Virus record (IMG/VR): IMGVR_UViG_3300005096_000005
Location: 32,001 to 96,000 of that record
Direction: 5' to 3' (one strand)
Length of the DNA stretch: 64,000 nucleotides
Source of the DNA: a virus
Made by a program: the position numbers and the translations under genes. Under the pieces are notes generated by a model. It worked only from the letters and a program-made list of their open reading frames with translations. It was not told where the DNA came from and did no database searches. Positions 56,595 through 64,000 of the stretch are shown here, piece by piece. Every line of letters starts with the position of its first letter. Positions within the stretch are counted from its first letter, which is position 1.

Positions 56595-59500
56595 TACGGG
56601 TTCACCTCCTGTAAACCAAGTGACTGCTTTAGCGTTGTCCACGGGAAAGCGGCGCCACAATCGAACTTGCCCTGCCGAACCTGGTGATGAGTGAATATTC
56701 CGCTCCAGTTCCATGGAATACCTGTCTTCCCATAATTCGTCCATACCTCATCGGGGAATTGAGCCTGCATGTTGTGTCTTGCCATAATCCCTCTACATAA
56801 AGCGATAATTGCAGCAACCTGGACTGATGGGTAGTCCTGAAAGGCTTTCGGATTCTCTGTAATTGTTCCCTGTGGCGTAACAAACGAGAAAGCCCTGGGC
56901 CATACCGGACCAGAAGCCTCCTGCCACTGGTCTGCAGTTGCAACTTCACCCGGCGGCACTTCACGCTTACTACAAGTATACCACTTGCCATTCGGTAATT
57001 GAATTAGAGGTCCATAATTGACAATCTCAATACCAATAGTGTGCTGGTCAAATATGTGACCCCCAAATGAGCCTCTCCCCGTATGATATGACCACTTCGA
57101 TTCGTCGGCCAGTTTGTATATCGAACCATCCCTTGTAATCATATAATGTGTTCCATAGCCTCGACTGTTCCAATCCGGAATATCTGCGTCGGGCGACGTC
57201 TCTCCTCCAGCAGTGAAGTGTAAACAGATATTGTACTTGGTTGTCGGCCCGGCATGGAAAAACGTCGGGGTCTTCGTGGGTTTCAAAACTGCAAGAGACG
57301 CTGGGTCTACCATATCGACCTTCATCTGATCTATTGCAGCCTGTCCCGTTGGGTTGGCCTCTTTGTAACTACTGTTATCCCTCTCTACCGGAGGGGTTGT
57401 CAGAGCGTCAACTTTATCCATATGGTCTGTACTGTAGTATGTTTCCGAGAACGGTGAAAAGATCTTGTCGATCAGCTTATCGTAGAACCCGAGAGAGTCT
57501 CCGACAATACACCCCTGATGGCCCTCCATTCCCGCAGAGAACTCTATCCCATGAACGGTTAAGCAGTTGATAGTCACAGCCTGTCTGTTTTGCATCCAAT
57601 TGTTTATGTGTTGGACGATGGTCTGGGTCAATAAAAGTATACCACCGGCCTTGATTCCTGCCAGCATGCTTCCGGCAAAACGGCGTGCCGCGATTATGCT
57701 GGCCGGGGTTAAGTTATCTATTACAGTAGACACATACTTACCCAGTTTACTTTCCATCAGCATCGCCCAACCACTCTCTGCTTTGTCAAAGAGCGACTGA
57801 CGCAACATCATATACTTTCGTATGGTTTCAAACCCTGTCTTGTCTACCCTCAAGTACATATTGATAGCAGCCAACCTGTCGGCGTCGCTGGCGACGATTG
57901 CGTTAAGTTGATCAGAAAACTCTCCGACCCTCGTGGCTATCCTGCTGCGACACGCCGGAATGTCATCTATATGCCTCCACACATCGTGCTTTGTAACTCC
58001 CACAGCGGGATTCTTCAACAGCTCGGGATTCCCCTTAAAGAATTTATCAACTTCAGCACGTAATGCACCACCGTTAAACCATTCATCCATCACTGTCATC
58101 TTCGCGCGGTATGCAGCCTCTTTGAATGCAATGTTACTCTGTGCGGCCGCCATCTCGCTAACATTGCGATCCAATATCTCTGTCAGCTGTCGGAATTTGC
58201 TATCACCGAGCCGTGCCTTCAAATTGACCGCCGCATTAAAGTTACCGGACTCCAATACCCTCGCAATATCCTCAATGTCGTCTGCGAAGTCCACTCGCAA
58301 CGCTTCGACATCCATTATAAACTCAGTTTGTGCCGCTGTAACTGCCGGGTCGATAGAGCTACGGAACTGAAGCTTTGACCAATCATACGCCATATTGATA
58401 TCGTCAATGGACTGCATGATCTTACGGCCAATGTTTCTCCTTGTGATTAGAGGGCCTACTTCTCCTTCCTTCACTTCCGGTTCCGGCAGGTTGGCCCATC
58501 TTCCAGCGAGGTTTTTAATACGAGTGCCCCATTGGTCGAAGTCCGTAACAAGACGCACTCCCGGAACCTCTCCAATGAATCCCTGACCCACAAGCATGGC
58601 AAACACATGCCATTCGTCGTTACGCTGATCGTCCATAAATTCTACGAGAGACAGGTTGAACTGTCTGCGCAAATTCTTTACCTCAGCAACAAAGTTCTGC
58701 TCTTCTATTCGTTGCGCATACTCATGCTTTGCAAACTCCGCACCCCAGGCCCACAGATCGATCATCCTTTTGTCCACGGTCGCCACTGCACAGTCGGGCT
58801 CTGTAATGGTCAGATACCCATCCTGTGTAGAGATTATGTCTACAGTACTTCTCACATAAGCAATTCCAAACATGTCCCTGGTAGCGTCAGCTATATACTG
58901 CATGTCGTACGGTTTAATTGAAGGGTTACCTATCAATACACACTGACCCTGGTACATCTGTTTCATGAAGTCGCGCAATCTCGATCGCGCAATCGATGAA
59001 GTGTATCCTGCTGTACCAAACAGATAAGACGTTATCGATTTGAAGACTGGGAATCTGGAAACCGCTTTCGTAACCATCCCGCTGTTCACTGTGATCTTCT
59101 TTATGTGTTCTGGATGGATGTCTGTATCGGCTTTGGCGGTCTGATCAACATGCCTGCCGTCTGGGTTCTTGTATGAGTAAAGCGTTCGCGCCGTAACGAC
59201 GTTGTACAACTTCTTGCTGGAGGCTCTTATACCGTTGTTTACAAAGTCGGTCCTGTCAGTAAGAACGTGGAACTGCATGTATGGTTTGTATACCATTCCC
59301 TGCCGTTCCCATGGGGCCAGATAGTTGAGGAGCATGTCCGGGCCAATCCCTGCATCCAGAGCTTCTGACAGAGGATCTTTGCGCACATCTCTTTTGATAC
59401 GCCCTCTCGAATCCTTTTCGAAGAACTCTTTGGGGACGACAGCCTCTCCACTGGCACTGTATGTAATGTCCCTTCCCGCCCCGGTTACGAGCTGACCAAG

Positions 59501-62500
59501 CCCTCCTATTGCAACTTTCAAGCCCCCATGAACAGCTGCGGCAATGCCAAGCACTTTAGTCCCGAATGCAATATCAATAATTCCACCGCCCACTTCCCAT
59601 GCGCCACTTGTAACGAGATTTGAGTACTGTTGTTTGGCGGCTTGCACTTGCCAGGCGTGGAAGTCTGCGATACGACCCACTGTCTGAACGTGGCCCGGAG
59701 GGAATAGTCTGCCGAGGACTCGTTCGCTCTCAGGGTAGAAGTACTCACATACATAATTCCAGTATGGTTTACCAAAGAAGAACGTAGAACGCAACTCGAA
59801 AGGCTCTGCCGTTCTTATAAAGTCCGGAGCCACATCTGCGAACATCTGCGACAGAGACCAAAAAGTATGTCCGGCCGCAGCAGGCTGGAAGTTCAGGTTG
59901 GCGTCCATATCCCCGAACAGAGGAAGGTTTGAAAGATAACTTAGCCAATCTTCATTCCCGATATAACCCATATCGTTTGGAGCGTACATATTCATCTCAA
60001 GCTCTGTCACACCTAACCGGTCAGGCCCTCTGGCCACACTTCTTGGAACGGCGCCCCCAATTCCACCAACAAGAGCCCCTAACCACCAGAAAGGTCCTTC
60101 TGTAGCCACCGAAACGGCTGTCGCCCCTACCGCAGCCCCGGCACTTACCCACGTGCTGTCCCAGAAACCAGCGTCCTTATACGACTGAGACCCAAAGTGA
60201 TAGATACCGTAGGGATTGTTTTCGTACGCAGTTCCCTTCCAGACAACATTCCAGAATTCAGCCCACCGGCTTGGCGGATTACCTAACTCTCCCTTTGCCG
60301 CCATCATTCCTACCAGAAAATCACGGGCTTCAGCCCCTCTGTCAAGTGAGGCCGGCTCCTGGTATGGCTTCCATCCCATTACATTCGTTAGCTCACGCCC
60401 ATCACCTTCGGCGATCACTGTGATAGTATCTCCAAGATTACATTCCGTAACCGTTCCGGTAAAACGGTTTTTGAGAGCAGCTACATTACCGCTGTAGCCA
60501 ATGCGAATGGACATCCTAACGCCTTCTCTCAGGTACAATCCCGCATACCTGCTCATAATCCGCGTCTGAATAACCTGGGCCAGCTCTTCGTCTGTCAACT
60601 TGCGAAAAGCATGGTTAAAGCTCTTTGCGGAATCTACAGCGAAGTCATGGACCCAGTCCCACATGTAGTCGAGGCCGGTAAGCATCCAGTCTCCAAAGCC
60701 CTCTTCCTTCGCCCCTAACCGACCGGGGTCGGCGAGATTCATCTTAAGGACCTGTTCCACTTTGTCTGAAACCGGCTTCTGACTCAAACTTCTGGTGATA
60801 TTGGATAATTCGAGCACGCACGTATCGGCTGCATATTGTCTGTGTCTTCTTATAGCACAGCTTTCTATAGCATTGTAGGCGAACACGTCCGTCCAGAACT
60901 TCATCCCATACACCCGCGGCTGCTCGTTGATAAACAACAGCTTCATTGTTGGAAAGGCTCGAATCAACCGATCTCTGCCGGAGTAATATATCTCGTCCAA
61001 AAGAATGCCCGGATTGCTTTCGTTGACACCACTCATAGGAGCACCCATGTACACTTTGTCTATAGGTTTACCTGCGTACTTGGGTCCGCGCATAATGGCA
61101 TTGATAAGTGTTTCCTGGGCAAACTTATTCGTATGAGTATCGCCTGTCAGATTCATCTCACGAGACACAACCGCCATAAGAGGGATTTGTAGCTCGGCGG
61201 TGCTCAATGCACTCTTGAGGGTTCGTTCATTCAGATCGTGGAGATTAAACTGCGCATTGTGAACCTGTCTGTCGAGGTTAAGTTTCTTATCCTCCCACTC
61301 CCTTAATCTATCCTGTTGACGCTCCAGCATCAGCCTGATAGAACGAATAGCGTTTTGGGGTACCCCCTTCAGCTCTTCAAATATCTTATATTCATCAGTA
61401 CTCGAATCACGTACAGCATCCCACATGTATTGGGCGTCTGCGTATTCATCAAACAAAATTCCAAAGGTACGGTCCCACGCCTCGTCGATAGTTGACGATC
61501 CCGCTGCTTCTACTACGAAAGCTCCAGCCACTCCGAGCAACTGTCCCGGAGCTTCGGCGAGGACATCCCACAATGTTCCTCCCAAGCCCTTCCCCGATAT
61601 CTTCTTGAGTCTATTGTGCAGCTCAACTCCAATCCATATCGCCGCAGGCGCCGCTCCAGCCAACACCCCACTGTAAAGACTGGCACCAGCCAGAGCAATA
61701 CTCGCCCATTTGGCCGTATCCGATATCGCATCAACCCACCCCTCATTAGTTACAAGATCGGTCGCAATCTCGATCAAGGCCTCTCTAAGGGCATTGATGG
61801 AGCGTATGATCTGAGCCCCTTCGTTCCCCTCATCCAGGAACCAGGTCACGGCTATCTGTTTATCTAATCCGCGAGCTCTCTCTTCCAGAGACGCTTTGTA
61901 GTTTTCCGGACTACGCATCCCTGTCAGGTCTCCGATATATATATTGTCGCCAAACTTATCCACCAACCATGTTCCTGCCGTTGGATCGCCGGACTGCTCG
62001 GCCAGGATGTTCACAACTGTAGAAAGATAAGCATTGCGTGGTACCACATAAAAGTCAGGGTCGACGTATAACCCTCCATTGTCGTTTAGTACGCTCATGA
62101 TCGCTTTCAGGAATGGCACCTTCTCGGCACCGTCCTGGTTCACGCTGTGAAGTAGGTTCTCCAACGCCGCAATAGAAGCGCGAGGTTCGGTGAAGTCAAT
62201 ACCCCCTGTGATGGATTCCAATACAATGTCAGTCGCATCCTCTGGCGAGAAACTATGAGCCAGAACGCCCCGGTTGTTCGTGAAGAAATTGACGAGTCCC
62301 GCACGAATGCGTCCCAGATTCTTGCGCATTAAAAAGTAGATAACCTCAACATATCTGGGAAGAAACAGATCCGGATAAGCCTCGATCTCTGCCAACCCCT
62401 CCTTCATCTCTTTAAGCCCTTTGTTTTGCTCCGCTACCTGGATGTCGGGAGGGGTCAGCCCGGGAATATAATTGTCACTGTCAATCTTCGGGTCGGGGCG

Positions 62501-64000
62501 TTGTATAAGCAGCCCGAGGACCTCCTGAGACGTTGGGTTCAACGTGTCTATTCTCCACCAGGATCGTTTGGGCTGGTATAAGTCGTTAACCTGTCCGGAG
62601 ATGCTCTCCCACACTTTAACGCTGCCCTCAAGCCATTCTTTAGCGTGATCGAAACCAAGTGAAGTACTCAGATCAACATTTGTGGCACTATGCCTGGCAA
62701 TGTTGGCCATCGCTCCATACTCCGACCTATTCTTAAGGAATGACATTACAGGAGAAACTTTGTACGCTACGCGATTGATATCATGCTCTAACTTGCGAAG
62801 TTCTGCCCGTTCAAGCCTCCCACTGTTGAACTGAATACGAACCTTTTCCAGTCTCTTGAGCAGTTCCTTGCATTCTTCTGCATTTGTGGTGGCGGTGGTT
62901 TTATTGTCCCCCTTCAAAATTGGGGCGAGAGTATCGTAGAAAGACTTAATAGGCTGGAGAGCTTCCTTGATATTCTGGCCTCGATCGTAATCCGTTAGTT
63001 CGAGACTAACAACCCATTCCCCCGGGTACCCGGGCAAGCTTGCCGAACCCACGTGCAGAGGGATCGCGTACTTCATACCCATCATGTTTAGCAAACTGTT
63101 GTCAATCTCAAAGTATCCGGTAGGAACCTCCCCTGTCATCTGCTCAGAAGACATCTTGAGCATACTCTGGAGGTTGGATACCGCATTGTCCCTGGCCCCT
63201 ATCATCACACGTGCGCTTGCATCTCCGCCACCCATAAATTGATAGGTATGCTCGGCACTGCCTTCTACAGTGATTGGAGCAAACTTGTTGACATACCGAT
63301 ACGAGACATGGGTCGTAGTGAATACGTCAGACGGACCAAAACACGCCCACTTTTTGCTAATAAGATCAGGAACCTCCACTGTTGCCTTCTTGTAGAGGTC
63401 GGCAATACCCAGTTCCAGCATTGTGGTGATAGAGTGAATATCGACCGCCCCTCGCCCCATCACGGCTTCCATATAATCATACATTCGAGTATTCCGCATA
63501 GAACTGATAGCATTCACGAAAGCCCTGAGTTGCGCCTCGGCCGCGGCGTCGGTACCACCTCCGGCCATTCCTTCCATCTCCTGTTCCGTCAATATACCGG
63601 CACCCACCCCAACCAGAACCTTGGACAGCTCTCTGTTTTTATAACCGTCCCGGTAATCGCTGAGGAGTAGTGCGAATATCTCATACAGGGCTTTCTTTGC
63701 ATCTGTGTTAACAGAAAGGTCGGGCTCCTTCTCCATCGCATTGCCAAACGCCTCAAGATACTTCTGCAATCCCCTTTTAATGTCACCAGCCTTGTTGTCT
63801 CCTACTGCAAGAACCTGTTGCGCCATCTGATATGTGGACATTATAAGTTCAATGTACTTGGCAGAACGCTTGGCGGCTCCTAACTTGTCAGGATCGATCC
63901 CGTACATATTAAAGTATGGCGAGAACTCGTAGATGCCCTTCTGGTAAGTAGGCATTCTTTCGGCTTTGTATGTGTCCATTATGGGATACGTATCTGTGCC
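56594..64000 (-). CDS. Giant (>2468 aa, 5'-truncated) tail/baseplate hub-like protein with C-terminal N-acetylmuramoyl-L-alanine amidase (Amidase_2)
   Basis: Frame is open to the window end (GTDTYPIM...). Hub-like IRIGY...FTGTVTE...VIAEGDGREL; amidase ICLHFTA, THYMI.RDG.IY, YHTG, IGIEIVN, FTHH...KFDCG. Confidence 0.82.
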   Translation of the reverse strand, partial: GTDTYPIMDTYKAERMPTYQKGIYEFSPYFNMYGIDPDKLGAAKRSAKYIELIMSTYQMAQQVLAVGDNKAGDIKRGLQKYLEAFGNAMEKEPDLSVNTDAKKALYEIFALLLSDYRDGYKNRELSKVLVGVGAGILTEQEMEGMAGGGTDAAAEAQLRAFVNAISSMRNTRMYDYMEAVMGRGAVDIHSITTMLELGIADLYKKATVEVPDLISKKWACFGPSDVFTTTHVSYRYVNKFAPITVEGSAEHTYQFMGGGDASARVMIGARDNAVSNLQSMLKMSSEQMTGEVPTGYFEIDNSLLNMMGMKYAIPLHVGSASLPGYPGEWVVSLELTDYDRGQNIKEALQPIKSFYDTLAPILKGDNKTTATTNAEECKELLKRLEKVRIQFNSGRLERAELRKLEHDINRVAYKVSPVMSFLKNRSEYGAMANIARHSATNVDLSTSLGFDHAKEWLEGSVKVWESISGQVNDLYQPKRSWWRIDTLNPTSQEVLGLLIQRPDPKIDSDNYIPGLTPPDIQVAEQNKGLKEMKEGLAEIEAYPDLFLPRYVEVIYFLMRKNLGRIRAGLVNFFTNNRGVLAHSFSPEDATDIVLESITGGIDFTEPRASIAALENLLHSVNQDGAEKVPFLKAIMSVLNDNGGLYVDPDFYVVPRNAYLSTVVNILAEQSGDPTAGTWLVDKFGDNIYIGDLTGMRSPENYKASLEERARGLDKQIAVTWFLDEGNEGAQIIRSINALREALIEIATDLVTNEGWVDAISDTAKWASIALAGASLYSGVLAGAAPAAIWIGVELHNRLKKISGKGLGGTLWDVLAEAPGQLLGVAGAFVVEAAGSSTIDEAWDRTFGILFDEYADAQYMWDAVRDSSTDEYKIFEELKGVPQNAIRSIRLMLERQQDRLREWEDKKLNLDRQVHNAQFNLHDLNERTLKSALSTAELQIPLMAVVSREMNLTGDTHTNKFAQETLINAIMRGPKYAGKPIDKVYMGAPMSGVNESNPGILLDEIYYSGRDRLIRAFPTMKLLFINEQPRVYGMKFWTDVFAYNAIESCAIRRHRQYAADTCVLELSNITRSLSQKPVSDKVEQVLKMNLADPGRLGAKEEGFGDWMLTGLDYMWDWVHDFAVDSAKSFNHAFRKLTDEELAQVIQTRIMSRYAGLYLREGVRMSIRIGYSGNVAALKNRFTGTVTECNLGDTITVIAEGDGRELTNVMGWKPYQEPASLDRGAEARDFLVGMMAAKGELGNPPSRWAEFWNVVWKGTAYENNPYGIYHFGSQSYKDAGFWDSTWVSAGAAVGATAVSVATEGPFWWLGALVGGIGGAVPRSVARGPDRLGVTELEMNMYAPNDMGYIGNEDWLSYLSNLPLFGDMDANLNFQPAAAGHTFWSLSQMFADVAPDFIRTAEPFELRSTFFFGKPYWNYVCEYFYPESERVLGRLFPPGHVQTVGRIADFHAWQVQAAKQQYSNLVTSGAWEVGGGIIDIAFGTKVLGIAAAVHGGLKVAIGGLGQLVTGAGRDITYSASGEAVVPKEFFEKDSRGRIKRDVRKDPLSEALDAGIGPDMLLNYLAPWERQGMVYKPYMQFHVLTDRTDFVNNGIRASSKKLYNVVTARTLYSYKNPDGRHVDQTAKADTDIHPEHIKKITVNSGMVTKAVSRFPVFKSITSYLFGTAGYTSSIARSRLRDFMKQMYQGQCVLIGNPSIKPYDMQYIADATRDMFGIAYVRSTVDIISTQDGYLTITEPDCAVATVDKRMIDLWAWGAEFAKHEYAQRIEEQNFVAEVKNLRRQFNLSLVEFMDDQRNDEWHVFAMLVGQGFIGEVPGVRLVTDFDQWGTRIKNLAGRWANLPEPEVKEGEVGPLITRRNIGRKIMQSIDDINMAYDWSKLQFRSSIDPAVTAAQTEFIMDVEALRVDFADDIEDIARVLESGNFNAAVNLKARLGDSKFRQLTEILDRNVSEMAAAQSNIAFKEAAYRAKMTVMDEWFNGGALRAEVDKFFKGNPELLKNPAVGVTKHDVWRHIDDIPACRSRIATRVGEFSDQLNAIVASDADRLAAINMYLRVDKTGFETIRKYMMLRQSLFDKAESGWAMLMESKLGKYVSTVIDNLTPASIIAARRFAGSMLAGIKAGGILLLTQTIVQHINNWMQNRQAVTINCLTVHGIEFSAGMEGHQGCIVGDSLGFYDKLIDKIFSPFSETYYSTDHMDKVDALTTPPVERDNSSYKEANPTGQAAIDQMKVDMVDPASLAVLKPTKTPTFFHAGPTTKYNICLHFTAGGETSPDADIPDWNSRGYGTHYMITRDGSIYKLADESKWSYHTGRGSFGGHIFDQHTIGIEIVNYGPLIQLPNGKWYTCSKREVPPGEVATADQWQEASGPVWPRAFSFVTPQGTITENPKAFQDYPSVQVAAIIALCRGIMARHNMQAQFPDEVWTNYGKTGIPWNWSGIFTHHQVRQGKFDCGAAFPWTTLKQSLGLQEVNP

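Noticed and set aside
56595-56744. Long N-terminal extension of the SLT-like ORF given in the ORF track
   Set aside because: A better start lies at 56594 (GGAGGTG RBS, TAATG coupling); the extension overlaps the amidase domain.
19531-63670. Many + strand ORFs (up to 253 aa, e.g. 40039-40800 and 23584-24258) antisense to the virion genes
   Set aside because: They are nested opposite long coupled genes and show no recognisable motifs; shadow ORFs.
1-64000. Alternative genetic code or stop-codon reassignment
   Set aside because: The standard code gives near-complete coding density with full-length conserved proteins.
21211-64000. Extracellular contractile injection system, T6SS or DGR-diversified fibres
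   Set aside because: The region is contiguous with a full viral replication module; no reverse transcriptase or near-identical TR/VR repeat pair was noticed.
1-64000. tRNA or structured ncRNA genes
   Set aside because: The largest intergenic gap is about 40 bp, and no cloverleaf signature was seen.

Overview
A 64-kb, almost gap-free segment of a large dsDNA tailed bacteriophage genome. Baseplate J/gp25-like genes point to a contractile tail, and peptidoglycan hydrolases point to a bacterial host. There are two convergent blocks. The + strand block (1-19465) covers DNA metabolism: class II RNR C-terminus, RecA-like protein, DnaE, subtilisin lipoprotein, Hjc-like nuclease, Rad52-family annealase, DnaB, primase-like protein, Cas4-like nuclease, RuvC, Nudix and ATP-dependent ligase. 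The - strand block (19425-64000) covers the virion: giant hub/amidase, SLT-like protein, M23 peptidase, spike, gp25, J, wedge and several large paralogous tail/baseplate proteins. This block ends in a translationally coupled three-gene cassette centred on a volactin-like actin. The most notable items are the actin plus membrane-anchor cassette, a recurring set of apparent pseudo-enzymes (RecA, DnaG, Cas4, SLT, possibly Nudix), an exported subtilisin in the replication block, and a family of paralogous coiled-coil virion proteins. I saw no tRNA, rRNA, CRISPR, intein or transposon. All family calls come from motif recognition by eye, not from database searches.
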